The notes under the pieces: model-generated
Database searches by the model: none
The model's input: the letters and a program-made list of their open reading frames with translations, nothing else
Told to the model about the DNA's origin: nothing
NCBI GenBank assembly: GCA_963764785.1
Contig: CAVXTU010000004.1
Location: 9,379 to 73,378, forward strand
Direction: 5' to 3'
Origin: an uncultured Chloroflexia bacterium
GTDB lineage: Bacteria; Chloroflexota; Limnocylindria; Limnocylindrales; CSP1-4
DNA: 64,000 bases
Shown here: in pieces, positions 9,494 through 19,480 of the stretch
Position numbering within the stretch: the first letter of the stretch is position 1
Layout of the letters: each line of letters starts with the position of its first letter
Made by a program: the position numbers and the translations under genes

Positions 9494-11226
9494 GGTCGCG
9501 TCGCCGCTGCTTGTCGCAATCCCGCCAGCGAACCAGCGGGGCCGACGTCACGGACCTCCAGCTGCAACGTCTCCACGCCGGCGAAGGTGCGGCTGGCGAG
9601 ACGAGCGACGACGTCGATCTCAAGACCCTCCCAGAGCAGCTCGGCGAGGTCTGCCCGGCCGAAACAGATACCGTCGACCACTTCGCGTCCCCTGCGTAAC
9701 GTGACCTGTGTATGACCTCCATTGGCTGCACGGGCGCGGACCACGGCTAGACCCGCGACACCGACCAGAGGAGGCGCCTCTCCGGCTTGCTCCAATGGTG
9801 CCAACTCGCGCAAGAGTACGTAATCTGCGGCATCTGCGCTCTGGATGAGATCGATGGACAGGCTGGGCAGTCCATCAGCCGCCGGTCGCTCCTTGACGAA
9901 GGCCTCCAGGCGCTGTCGCAGCTCCTCCAGGTGCCGCCCTTCGAGATGGCAGCCGGCCGCCGCAGGGTGGCCCCCGAATCGTTCGAACAGGTCGCTGCAG
10001 GTGGTCAGGGCCGCGGCCAGGTCGACGCCACCAGCGCTGCGCGCCGAGCCGCGCCAGGGCTCGACCGAGTTGGAGAGCACCAGGGTGGGACGCCCCAGCT
10101 CCTCAGCGAGACGTCCTGCGACCAGGCCGATGATGCCGACCGGCCAATCCCCCACCAACACGATGAATGGCGTGTCCGGCATGGTCGAGACGGCCAGCCG
10201 CGCTTCAGCCATGGCCGTCGTCGTCAGCTCGCGGCGGCGCTTGTTGGCTGCGTCGAGCTCGCCAGCCAATCGAGTGGCCGATTCGGTGTCCTGTGCCAGC
10301 AGCAGGTGGGCAGCCACGCTGGGATCGCCGATCCGGCCCATGGCGTTGATGCGTGGCGCCAGCCCGAAGGAGATGTCCTCGCTGGAGACATCCTCACGGT
10401 CGACCTTTGCCGCGGCCATGAGCGCCTCGAGACCGGGTCGAGTCGCCTGGCTCAATCGAATGAGTCCAAGGCGCACGATACAACGGTTCTCGCCAACGAT
10501 CGGCACCACGTCAGCGATGGACCCGATAGCTGCCAGGTCGGTCAGCGCAAGGGCGGCCTCCGCGCCATCGGGATCGTCGTGCAGCAGGAGCTGAGCGACC
10601 TTGAAGGCCACGCCAGCGCCCGACAGGCGTGCGTCCGGATATCGACTGTCGGGACGTTGCGGATTGACCAGGGCCAGCGCTGGGGGAAGCTCGACGCCCA
10701 GCACATGATGGTCCGTGACGATGACGTCGATGCCCAGCGCCTTGGCAGCCTCGATCTCGGCCCGGCTCGACGAGCCGGTGTCGGCGGTGATGATCAGGCC
10801 GTGGCCGGCGGCTGCCGCTCGTCGCACGGCAGCCATCGACAACCCGTGGCCTTCGCCCGTGCGGTCGGGGACATACGGCTCCACGGTCAGTCCGAGCCTT
10901 CGCAGGGTCTCGGTCAGGATGGCCAGGCCGGTCAGGCCGTCGGCATCGAAGTCCCCAAGCACGAGCACCGACTCACCGGCCCGTCGGGCTGTGTCCACAC
11001 GCGCCACGACGATCTCAGCATCGGGCAGGAGGGATGGGTCGTGCAGCCCTGTGACCGGGTCATCGAAACGAGAGGCCAGCTCGGTCACGTCGACGGGTCC
11101 ACGGCGGGACAGCACTCGAAGGGCCCGAGCAGAGAGGCCACGTCGCTTGGCGTCTTCGATGGTGTCGCCATCGATCGGGTATGCCGTGGGCACGACCCAG
11201 TGATAGTGCGGCCTCAGATCAGACAC
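9490..11226 (-). CDS. recJ: single-stranded-DNA-specific exonuclease RecJ
   Basis: DHH-family motifs: VLGDFDADGLTG, ITADTGSS, VIVTDHH and GGHPAAAG. Confidence 0.9.
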   Translation of the reverse strand: MSDLRPHYHWVVPTAYPIDGDTIEDAKRRGLSARALRVLSRRGPVDVTELASRFDDPVTGLHDPSLLPDAEIVVARVDTARRAGESVLVLGDFDADGLTGLAILTETLRRLGLTVEPYVPDRTGEGHGLSMAAVRRAAAAGHGLIITADTGSSSRAEIEAAKALGIDVIVTDHHVLGVELPPALALVNPQRPDSRYPDARLSGAGVAFKVAQLLLHDDPDGAEAALALTDLAAIGSIADVVPIVGENRCIVRLGLIRLSQATRPGLEALMAAAKVDREDVSSEDISFGLAPRINAMGRIGDPSVAAHLLLAQDTESATRLAGELDAANKRRRELTTTAMAEARLAVSTMPDTPFIVLVGDWPVGIIGLVAGRLAEELGRPTLVLSNSVEPWRGSARSAGGVDLAAALTTCSDLFERFGGHPAAAGCHLEGRHLEELRQRLEAFVKERPAADGLPSLSIDLIQSADAADYVLLRELAPLEQAGEAPPLVGVAGLAVVRARAANGGHTQVTLRRGREVVDGICFGRADLAELLWEGLEIDVVARLASRTFAGVETLQLEVRDVGPAGSLAGLRQAAATRP

Positions 11227-11260
11227 GGAAGTCAGTCTGAGGGGCCGGCTTCACTCGGGC

Positions 11261-12553
11261 TTAGGCGGCGCTTGGCTTGGCCTTGGTCCGGGACTCTGCA
11301 GGCCGGCTTTCCTTGCGCCGCTGATCTCGCAGGTGCCAGTCAAGGAACAGCTGCGACGCCACGAAGATCGACGAGTACGTGCCTGCGATCACGCCGATGA
11401 GCAGGGCGAGCGTGAAGGGACGGATGGCCTCACCACCGAAGATCAGCAGGGCTCCCAGCGTCAGAACCACGGTCAGCGACGTGGTAAGGCTACGACCCAG
11501 TGTCTGGACCAGGCTGTGGTTGACGATCTCGTCGAGTGGCTGGCCCATGTAGCGCTGGCGGTTCTCGCGAATCCGATCGAAGACCACGATGGTGTCGTGG
11601 ACCGAGTAGCCGATGACCGTCAGCATCGCGGTCACGAACAAGGCGTCGATCTGGAGACCGGTGAATGTGCCCAGAACCGCGAATGATCCGACCACGATGA
11701 TGACGTCGTGCACCAGGGCCACGATGGCCGTGACACCCATACGGAAATCGCGGAATCGGTAGGTCACCCAGACCATGATGGCGCCAGCTGCGAAGACGAT
11801 GAGCAGTAGCGTCTGCTGGATCAGCTCGGCACTGACGACAGGGCCGACCGAGTTGGCTTGGCGGACCTCGTCGATACGACCAAACCTGGCTTGAAGCGCG
11901 GTCGCCAGCTCGCCGAACTGACCTTCGGTGGGCACCCCTGCGACGGGGCCACCAGCGTCACCGCCGTCGACCGGTACCGCGGAAGCATCCGGGTTGGGTG
12001 ATGCCGATGGACCGGGCGAGGTCGGAGCCGTCGACTCGGACGGTGGCGTGGCGGTAGCTGGTTCGCTCTCGGCGGGTGCCGTGCTGGCGGCCGGACCGGT
12101 GCTCGACCCCTGGCTTTGGGCTGGTGCGACGCTCGCGGCCGGCAGGACACTTGCCTCCGGGCTGGCGCTGGCATCCGGGACGATGGAGGCATCCGGCGAC
12201 GCCGAGGCCTGCGCGAGGGCAGCCGCGGCGGCGGAGCCCTGGGCCACCTCGGGCGCCTTGAGCGCGAGCGCTTCCGTGCGGATGAGCACGTAGTCGCGAG
12301 CATCAGAGGTGGTGATGGCTACCTCTGAGTTTCCCAGGCCCTGCTCCTCGAGCACGGCCCGAACCTCGGCCGGGTCCGGTGCGCCGTCCTCGAAACCGAC
12401 CTCCCATACCGTGCCACCGGTGTAGGCGATGGAGAACTGCAGGCCCAGGTTGGCGTTGGGCAGAAGCGTCGCGAAGATGAACACCAGCCCCGTGATGATG
12501 AGGATGGTGCTGAGTGCATAGCCGTAGCGCCGCCGGCTGACGAGATCAAGCAC
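11261..12553 (-). CDS. secF: protein translocase subunit SecF with a low-complexity insertion of about 110 aa
   Basis: The C-terminal six-TM SecDF core (VTAIVALVHDVIIVVG, SVHDTIVVFDRIREN) is present and the gene overlaps secD by 8 nt. An Ala/Ser/Pro-rich segment at about aa 101-210 makes it about 430 aa instead of the usual roughly 300. Confidence 0.9.
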   Translation of the reverse strand: MLDLVSRRRYGYALSTILIITGLVFIFATLLPNANLGLQFSIAYTGGTVWEVGFEDGAPDPAEVRAVLEEQGLGNSEVAITTSDARDYVLIRTEALALKAPEVAQGSAAAAALAQASASPDASIVPDASASPEASVLPAASVAPAQSQGSSTGPAASTAPAESEPATATPPSESTAPTSPGPSASPNPDASAVPVDGGDAGGPVAGVPTEGQFGELATALQARFGRIDEVRQANSVGPVVSAELIQQTLLLIVFAAGAIMVWVTYRFRDFRMGVTAIVALVHDVIIVVGSFAVLGTFTGLQIDALFVTAMLTVIGYSVHDTIVVFDRIRENRQRYMGQPLDEIVNHSLVQTLGRSLTTSLTVVLTLGALLIFGGEAIRPFTLALLIGVIAGTYSSIFVASQLFLDWHLRDQRRKESRPAESRTKAKPSAA

Positions 12554-13889
12554 CGGCCGACACCTTGCGCTTGCGGCTGCGGGCGTCGGCCGAGAGCTCC
12601 GTTTCAGCGATGCCGAAGAGGTGCGCCTTGCGAGCCCATTCGCGCTGCACGATCCAGCGCAACATCATGCGGCTCAGCACGATGGCGGTGAACATCGAGA
12701 TGAGCACGCCGATGATCAGGACCAGGGCGAAGCCTTTCACCACCGACGTCCCGAAGTAGTAGAGGATGAACGCGGTGATAAGGGTGGAAACGTTGGAGTC
12801 GAGGATGGAGTTCCAGGCGCGATTGAAACCGGCCTCGACCGATGAAGTCAGGTTCTTGCCCGCGCGCAGCTCTTCCTTGGTGCGCTCGAAGATGAGGATG
12901 TTGGCATCCACGGCCATACCCACCGACAGGATGAACGCGGCGATGCCGGCCAGGGTGAGCGTCACGCCGAAGAGACGGAAGACGGCGTAGGCGAAGACAC
13001 CGTAGAAGATGAGTGCGATACAGGCCACCACGCCTGGCATGCGGTAATACAGCAGCATGAACCCGAAGACCAGCGCGATGCCGACGATGCCAGCGAGGAT
13101 GGTCTGTTTCAGGAAGTCGAGTCCCAGGGTGGCCGAGATGCTGCTGAAGCCGACCTCCCGGATCTCCAGCGGCAACGAACCGAACTTCAACACCGTCACG
13201 AGTGCCTGGGCCTCATCCGGCGTGAAGTTGCCGGTGATCTGGGCCTGGCCCCCGAAGCGCCTGGCGTTGATCGAGGGCGCCGATGCCACGATGCCGTCCA
13301 GCACGATGGCAAAACGGTCGCCGAAATGGTCGGCGGCATATTCATCGAAGAGCCGCGCCCCGGTGTCCTTGAGCTCCAGGTTGACGACGATCTCGCGAGT
13401 CTGGGAATCCTGTCCGATCCGTGCGTTGGCGATCTCCGTGCCGTTGAACAGCGGCTCGATGTCCTTCATGCCGTCCGGGAGCGGCTGATCCTGAAGCTGA
13501 GCATTGAAGAACTCGTCGGGGACCGGGATGAACTCGAGGACGCCGGTCGTCCCGATGAGCGAGCGGATGTCACCCTCGTCATCGACACCCGGCAGCTCCA
13601 CCGAGACCCGGTCCGATCCCTGGGTCACCACGACCGGCTCCGCCACACCGGTGGCATTGACACGATTCTCGATGATCGTCCGCGTCTGCTCGAGGATCTC
13701 AGGCGTGACTGCTTGCGAATCGGTCGCCACGACCTGGTACTCGCCGCGCAGTCCCCCGATGAGGTCCAGGCCGAGGCGGGTCTGTAGCGTCTCGCCAGCA
13801 GTGCCACCAGGGCGTGGCAAGGGAAAGACGGCCACCACAAGGGCGACCAAGAATAGGGTCAATACAAGGATCGGGACGACGCGTTGCAT
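12546..13889 (-). CDS. secD: protein translocase subunit SecD
   Basis: LGLDLIGG and the TM core (DANILIFERTKEELRAG) are present. It lies directly upstream of secF. Confidence 0.9.
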   Translation of the reverse strand: MQRVVPILVLTLFLVALVVAVFPLPRPGGTAGETLQTRLGLDLIGGLRGEYQVVATDSQAVTPEILEQTRTIIENRVNATGVAEPVVVTQGSDRVSVELPGVDDEGDIRSLIGTTGVLEFIPVPDEFFNAQLQDQPLPDGMKDIEPLFNGTEIANARIGQDSQTREIVVNLELKDTGARLFDEYAADHFGDRFAIVLDGIVASAPSINARRFGGQAQITGNFTPDEAQALVTVLKFGSLPLEIREVGFSSISATLGLDFLKQTILAGIVGIALVFGFMLLYYRMPGVVACIALIFYGVFAYAVFRLFGVTLTLAGIAAFILSVGMAVDANILIFERTKEELRAGKNLTSSVEAGFNRAWNSILDSNVSTLITAFILYYFGTSVVKGFALVLIIGVLISMFTAIVLSRMMLRWIVQREWARKAHLFGIAETELSADARSRKRKVSAGA

Positions 13890-13952
13890 CGCTCGGGACA
13901 GTACCAGAGAGCGGCGCGCTACGCCGTAGATGTGCGACGCGGACGTCGCTGG

Positions 13953-15800
13953 TCAGGCATCGAGATGGGTCCGGATGCGTTCAGCCAACCCACGGCTGAT
14001 GCCGGGCACCGCCGCCATCTCGTCGATCGTCGCCTTGCGCAGTCCCCGGCTGGAGCCGAAGACGCGCAGCAAGGCGCGCTTCCGCGCGGGTCCGACTCCA
14101 GCCAGGTCATCCAGCGCCGACCGGGTCGCCGACTTGCCTCGCAGCTGGCGGTGGTAGGTGATGGCGAAGCGATGTGCCTCGTCGCGCAGCCGCTGCAGCA
14201 TGTACAGCGCACCCGATGCCGCGGGCAGCACGATCGGCTCGCTCTGGCCAGGCAGGAAGAGCTCTTCACGTTCCTTTGCCAATCCAGCCATGGGCAGGTC
14301 GTGAAGGCCCAGATCGTCGAGCGCTTCGCGTGCAGCACTCACCTGGCCCTTGCCGCCGTCGATGATGACGAGGTCGGGCATGCGCCAGCGGAGTTGTTCG
14401 GCACCGCCCTGCTCGGCATCGAGCGCTCGCCGGAAGCGACGCCGCAAGACTTCCTGGTGGCTGGCAAAGTCGTCCTGACCGGCCACTGTCTTGATGCGGA
14501 AGCGTCGGTACTCTCCGGTACGCGGCTGGCCGTCCTCGAAGACGACCATGCTGCCGACCGTGTTGGTGCCCTGGATCGTACTGATGTCGTAGCACTCGAT
14601 CCGATCTGGGGGCGCGGGCAATGCCAGCGCATCGGCCAGCTCGGTAAGTGCGTGCTCGGTCTTGCCCTGATCGGCCAGCCAGCGGACCTGCTCCCGTTGC
14701 AGGGTCTCGGATGCGTTGCGGCCGGCGAGGGTCATCAGTTTGCGACCCTCCCCACGCTGGGGCACGGCGAGACTGACCTTCCGCTCCGCACGGGCAGCGA
14801 GGAACTCCTCGAGCTCGGACACCTCGGGCAGGGCGAAGGGAACCAGGACACGGGGCGGGATGGAGCCGGCGCGGGCGTAGTACTGCTTCACGAAGGACGT
14901 CAGCGCCTCCTCGTCGGTGTCATCGGCGACGTTCTCGAGCATGAAGATGTCGCGGTTGAGCGTCTTGCCGTCGCGGATCGCGAAGAGCTGGACCGCCGCC
15001 TCCTTGCCCGACCGCGCATATCCCAGGACGTCCAGCTTGCGTTTTGCGAAGCCAGCCATCTTCTGGCTCTCCATGGTCCGCTCGATGGCGCGGACCTTGT
15101 CCCGCAGCGCGGCGGCCCGCTCGAACTCGAGCGCATCCGCGGCGGTCTCCATGTCCGCGCGGAGTGCCTTGGAGACCTGTTCCTGATGGCCCTCCAGGAA
15201 GAGCATGACCTGCTCGATATCGGCGGCGTAGTCCTCCTTTCCGATGGCCTCGATGCAGGGACCCTGGCAGCGCTTGATGTGGTACAACAGGCAGGGCCGG
15301 TCCAGCGCCCGCTCCCCCTGCCTGATCTCGATGGTGCAGGTGCGGAAGGGGAAGATGCGACGGATGAGGTTCATCGACTCGTCGACGCTGCTGGCCGAGG
15401 CGTACGGGCCGAAGTACCGACTGCCGTCGTTAGGGAGCTTGCGCGTGCGCTCGATACGCGGGAAGTCGTCGGCCAGGGTGACCTTGATGAACGGGTATGA
15501 CTTGTCGTCCTTGAGGCGCACGTTGAAGCGTGGCTGATAGCGCTTGATCAGGTTGGCTTCGAGCAGGAGCGCCTCACTCACGCTATCGGTGAGCGTGACC
15601 TCTACCTCGGCGACCTGGTCGATGGCCGATTCGATTCGCAACGGAGCGCTCGAGCGTCCCGCTTGCCAGTACTGGCGAACGCGATTCCGAAGGTTCTGGG
15701 CCTTGCCCACGTAGAGCACCCGACCGGCGGCGTCCTTCATGAGGTAGACGCCGGGCTGGTCGGGGAGGTGCTTGAGGGTCGCCTTGATGCGGGGAGTCAC
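13953..15800 (-). CDS. uvrC: excinuclease ABC subunit C
   Basis: GIY-YIG N-terminus (PGVYLMKDAAGRVLYVGKAQNLRNRV), UVR domain, and C-terminal endonuclease plus HhH region. Confidence 0.95.
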   Translation of the reverse strand: MTPRIKATLKHLPDQPGVYLMKDAAGRVLYVGKAQNLRNRVRQYWQAGRSSAPLRIESAIDQVAEVEVTLTDSVSEALLLEANLIKRYQPRFNVRLKDDKSYPFIKVTLADDFPRIERTRKLPNDGSRYFGPYASASSVDESMNLIRRIFPFRTCTIEIRQGERALDRPCLLYHIKRCQGPCIEAIGKEDYAADIEQVMLFLEGHQEQVSKALRADMETAADALEFERAAALRDKVRAIERTMESQKMAGFAKRKLDVLGYARSGKEAAVQLFAIRDGKTLNRDIFMLENVADDTDEEALTSFVKQYYARAGSIPPRVLVPFALPEVSELEEFLAARAERKVSLAVPQRGEGRKLMTLAGRNASETLQREQVRWLADQGKTEHALTELADALALPAPPDRIECYDISTIQGTNTVGSMVVFEDGQPRTGEYRRFRIKTVAGQDDFASHQEVLRRRFRRALDAEQGGAEQLRWRMPDLVIIDGGKGQVSAAREALDDLGLHDLPMAGLAKEREELFLPGQSEPIVLPAASGALYMLQRLRDEAHRFAITYHRQLRGKSATRSALDDLAGVGPARKRALLRVFGSSRGLRKATIDEMAAVPGISRGLAERIRTHLDA

Positions 15801-15809
15801 CCCGCGATG

Positions 15810-16496
15810 CTATCGCGAGGTGGGCGATGGAGCCTGCTGGGCGTCGGGAGCTGCGGCGGCCGCGGTCCTCCACGCGGGCTCGTCGGTGGCAGTCGACTCT
15901 GGAGCTTCCTGCCCCGCCGAGCCGCTCCAGATGGGGTCCGCACCCATGCTCATGCCAGGCTGGGTGTCGCCCATCTTCGACTGGTAGTAGACGTAGTAGA
16001 TGGCCCCACCGATACCGGCGATGAGCAGCGCGAAGACCAGCATCACTGCGATGTCGCCGATCGAGTTGCCGCCACCACTGGTCTGTGCAGCCAGGCTCGC
16101 CGCTTCCGCCGCCTCGGTGATCGCGGCAGCGTCGGTCGCCTCGAAGAGGTGCACCGCGACGGAGCCGTCAGGAGCAGTCGCGCGCAGCTCCCAGAAGCCG
16201 GCCGGAGCGTCCACCGGCAGTGTCACCGACTGGCGAAAGTAGCCGCCGTCGACCGTATTGGCCGTACCCAGGTGGACCGGGCCAGCTGTCGTGGTGAGCT
16301 GCAGGTCGATGGTCTGGTTGGCCGGGAAGTCGAGCCCGCTGATCTCGACGTCGGCGCCGGGTCCAGCCGTCTCGGGAACCATCGTCACCGTCGGCGGCAG
16401 GCCCGAGGCCGCGGTGGCAGCGAGCGGGGCGACGAGCAGCGCGACGACCGTCAACGCCAGCACGGCTGAGACCAGGTACCTTCCTCTCTCTCTCAT
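15810..16496 (-). CDS. hypothetical exported, single-pass membrane protein
   Basis: Signal-like N-terminus (LVSAVLALTVVALLVAPLAATAASG), a beta-rich ectodomain, a C-proximal TM helix (IAVMLVFALLIAGIGGAIYYVYY) and a Pro/Ala-rich tail. It ends 9 nt upstream of uvrC on the same strand. No family recognised. Confidence 0.6.
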   Translation of the reverse strand: MRERGRYLVSAVLALTVVALLVAPLAATAASGLPPTVTMVPETAGPGADVEISGLDFPANQTIDLQLTTTAGPVHLGTANTVDGGYFRQSVTLPVDAPAGFWELRATAPDGSVAVHLFEATDAAAITEAAEAASLAAQTSGGGNSIGDIAVMLVFALLIAGIGGAIYYVYYQSKMGDTQPGMSMGADPIWSGSAGQEAPESTATDEPAWRTAAAAAPDAQQAPSPTSR

Positions 16497-16740
16497 ACAC
16501 CGAGAGTAGGTCGCGACCGTGCCATCGTCATCGACCCCTGATACTCATCCTCAGCGGATGATGGTCACCGTGGCTGGGAGCAACTCCCCACCCCCCGAGT
16601 GACGGAAGTCATCGCCACGGTGCTTCGGTGTGGCGGCGCCAGTTGACGAAGTGGCGGGAAGGCAGCGGTAAGCGGCAGCCAAGCGCCACGCGTCAGCCTC
16701 AGCGGCGAGTAGCTGGCTCTACGACGGCAGCAGCAACGAT

Positions 16741-18342
16741 GTGGAGAAGGCGATGGCGTCAAGTCCTGCCCATGACCCGGTCGACCGGCGCCTGGCCAGG
16801 CTCGCCCACGATCAGCGCGCCGCGGCCACGGCCAAGCCAGGCCCAGTGCTGTGTGTGGCTCCTGCCGGCTCGGGCAAGACCACGACGGTGGTGGCACGGT
16901 TGGCCTGGCGTGTCGCCCATGGCACGGATCCCTCCACCATCTGTGCACTCACCTTCAACCGGCGGGCCGCTGAGGAGCTCCAGGATCGGGCCGACTCGGC
17001 GCTACAGGAGCTGGGCCATGCGCCTGGGGCAGTCCGGGTCCGGACGTTCCATGCGCTGGGCCGCGAGATCCTCGCCGACAGTGGCGCCGACATGAGCCGC
17101 ATCGTCGAGCGCACGGATGCGTTGGCCGACGTTGCGGGCGGCCCGCTGTCGCCGGCCGAGCTACGCCATCTCGACGATGCCTTCACCCGCCTGAAGCTCG
17201 ACCCCGAACGTGGCCCGGCCGCCGAAGACGTCGACGTGCACCACGCCTTTGCGGCGTACCAGGGATGGCTGCAGGCCCATCGCTCGATCGACCTGGATGA
17301 CCTTGTCGCCAAAGCCGTGCCGACACTTCTGGCCGATCCGGCGTTGCTGGATCGGTGGCGCAGCCGGACGGCCGTGCTTTTCGTGGATGAGGCGCAGGAT
17401 CTTGACAAGACGCAGCTCGACCTGGCCGTGCTTCTGGCCGGCGATCGCCGCGACATCTTCCTGGTGGGTGATGACGACCAGACCATCTATGCCTGGCGTC
17501 TTGCGGACGTCCGACGGGTGCTCGGGCTGGCGGAGCGGCTGTCGGGTCTACGGCGGGTAGACCTGGAGACCAACCACCGATGTGCACCTGAGATCGTGCG
17601 TCGAGCGGCGCGCCTGGTGGCGCACAACCATGAACGCTTCGAGAAGAACATCCGCTCCTCACCGCGTACTTCCGGGTCTGTCACGCTGGCGCCCGACAGT
17701 GCTGATGAGTCAGCTCGCGCTCGGTGGCTGCTCGGCCACTGGTTCGTACCTCGGTCGGGAGCCCGCTACGCCGTATTGGCACGCACCAACCGCGAGCTGA
17801 CCGCCTATGCCGCAGTGGCCCTCGAGTTGGGCCTCCCCTATCGCGTCGAGGACGATGGCCTGCTCCTCGATGACGCGGGAATCCTGGCGACACTTTCCGC
17901 CGTCGACGCGCGGAACCCGCTGTTGCCGGCGATCCACGCCGCGGCCAGAGCCACCGACCTGTCTGCGGCACGGACAGCGGCTCTGCTGAGCTGGGCAGCG
18001 CCGTATCGTTCGCTCGCGGCCCTGCAGGACGACCTCACCGGGCGCCTCGATGCACGGTCTCGGCTCGCCTCTGATGACGCTGACCTGACGCTTGCCACGA
18101 TCCACGGCACCAAGGGACTGGAGTGGGACCACGTCGCCTGTGTCGGTCATGACGACGGCACCTTTCCTTCGGGCCGGGCGCTCCGCGAAGCGGCTGACCC
18201 ACGACGCGTTCTGGAGGAAGAGCGGCGACTGGCCTACGTCGCCTGGACCCGAGCCCGCTCGACCCTGACGTTGATCTACGATCCCGGTGCACCGTCGATC
18301 TTCATCCGAGAGGCCTTCGACGCCGCGGAGCTCGCCTCGTGA
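16741..18342 (+). CDS. UvrD/Rep-family (SF1) DNA helicase, short form
   Basis: Walker A (APAGSGKTTT), DEAQD, LVGDDDQTIYAWR, TIHGTKGLEWD and AYVAWTRAR motifs. At about 533 aa it is shorter than canonical UvrD/PcrA. The start is a GTG at 16741 or an ATG at 16753. Confidence 0.85.
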   Translation: MEKAMASSPAHDPVDRRLARLAHDQRAAATAKPGPVLCVAPAGSGKTTTVVARLAWRVAHGTDPSTICALTFNRRAAEELQDRADSALQELGHAPGAVRVRTFHALGREILADSGADMSRIVERTDALADVAGGPLSPAELRHLDDAFTRLKLDPERGPAAEDVDVHHAFAAYQGWLQAHRSIDLDDLVAKAVPTLLADPALLDRWRSRTAVLFVDEAQDLDKTQLDLAVLLAGDRRDIFLVGDDDQTIYAWRLADVRRVLGLAERLSGLRRVDLETNHRCAPEIVRRAARLVAHNHERFEKNIRSSPRTSGSVTLAPDSADESARARWLLGHWFVPRSGARYAVLARTNRELTAYAAVALELGLPYRVEDDGLLLDDAGILATLSAVDARNPLLPAIHAAARATDLSAARTAALLSWAAPYRSLAALQDDLTGRLDARSRLASDDADLTLATIHGTKGLEWDHVACVGHDDGTFPSGRALREAADPRRVLEEERRLAYVAWTRARSTLTLIYDPGAPSIFIREAFDAAELAS

Positions 18343-18414
18343 TGTGAGCGCTGACACAGGACCGTTACGTGGTCACCCGTAGGCTAGGCGCCGACCAAGC
18401 TGCCGGAGGACCAC

Positions 18415-19053
18415 GTGATCGAGTTGTCTTTGCCCCGCCGTCGCGCACTGAGCCTGCTGTTCGCCGTGTCCGTCGTGATCGTCGGCTGCGGCGGCACCGC
18501 GACCGACGATGCCACCGATGGCGGAGACGTGACGGGGACCGAAGCGGCCAGCGCGGCGCCGGTGCCGGCGACCCTGGCGCCGTCCGGCGACGCCCGTGCC
18601 TCCGCCGATGCTGCATGGCTCGACATCGCGCTCACCGACGCCGCGACCGGCGAGACCTTCACGCTGGCCAGCCTGAAGGGCGAAGTCGTGGCCCTCGAGC
18701 CGATGGCCATCTGGTGCAGCAATTGCAAGGCACAGCAGGACAACGTCAAGGAAGCGTTCGCGGACGTGCAGGCTGCAGGCGTTCGATACATCAGCATCGG
18801 GGTCGATCCCAATGAGGATCCCGCATCACTCGCCAATTACGCCGATCGCAGGGCGTATCCGTGGACGTTCGTGCAGGCTTCCACCGAGTTCGCGCGGGCA
18901 TTGAACGATGTCTTCGGTCCGCAGATCCTGTCACCGCCGTCGACGCCGCTTATCGTGCTCGACCCCGACGGTGAAGTCGCAGCGCAGACCTTCGGAACCC
19001 ATGGGCCGCAGCAACTGCTCGAGATCCTCGGCGAGGCGACCGCGCAGACGTGA
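18415..19053 (+). CDS. thioredoxin-fold lipoprotein (TlpA/ResA/redoxin-like)
   Basis: Lipoprotein-type signal ending VIVGC and a CxxC active site (WCSNC) in a redoxin-like context. Confidence 0.8.
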   Translation: MIELSLPRRRALSLLFAVSVVIVGCGGTATDDATDGGDVTGTEAASAAPVPATLAPSGDARASADAAWLDIALTDAATGETFTLASLKGEVVALEPMAIWCSNCKAQQDNVKEAFADVQAAGVRYISIGVDPNEDPASLANYADRRAYPWTFVQASTEFARALNDVFGPQILSPPSTPLIVLDPDGEVAAQTFGTHGPQQLLEILGEATAQT

Positions 19054-19057
19054 CTGG

Positions 19058-19480
19058 CTAGCGCTCCTTGCGGAGGTCGATCGAGTAGTCGACCGAAGCC
19101 CGCAGTTGCGCCAGCCCGGCCGCCCAGATCTCGATGGCTCGGGCGTACTCGACGAGTGAAGCCTCCACATCGGTGTCGTAGGGACCGTCGGTGAGACTGA
19201 TCACCGACCCCCAACCCCTGGGCTGGATCGAGATCGTGACATCGGTCGCCAGGCCTGGCGTGGTTGGATGATTCCAGCGGCACTTGAAGCGGCGATCCGG
19301 CTCTGCCTCAAGCACATCGATCTCGATCTGGTGGCGCGGAAACACGAGCACACTACGAGCACCGGGCAGCAGCGAACCGCGCACCTCATAGGAGAACCAT
19401 TGCCGGAGCGTATCGGCATCGGACCACATGCGATAGACGCGCTCGGGTGGTGCATCCACCGTGCGCTGCATCGCGATCAT
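19058..19480 (-). CDS. SRPBCC (AHSA1/START-like) domain protein
   Basis: MQRTVDAPPERVYRMWSDADTLRQWF is typical of the Aha1/polyketide-cyclase-like SRPBCC fold. The ORF is open to 19588, but the upstream part is R-rich junk. The start is an ATG at 19480 or 19471. Confidence 0.7.
   Translation of the reverse strand: MIAMQRTVDAPPERVYRMWSDADTLRQWFSYEVRGSLLPGARSVLVFPRHQIEIDVLEAEPDRRFKCRWNHPTTPGLATDVTISIQPRGWGSVISLTDGPYDTDVEASLVEYARAIEIWAAGLAQLRASVDYSIDLRKER

Noticed and set aside
13884-15500. Long ORFs antisense to real genes, for example 13884-15500 opposite uvrC. Others are 2362-4584, 9787-11400, 21791-22933, 36242-37603, 41436-42845, 42975-44888, 44882-46015, 47778-48947 and 50772-52271.
   Set aside because: They show typical GC-rich shadow-ORF composition (R, G, A, P, H and D rich). 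They have no recognisable motifs, and each lies opposite a gene with strong family signatures.
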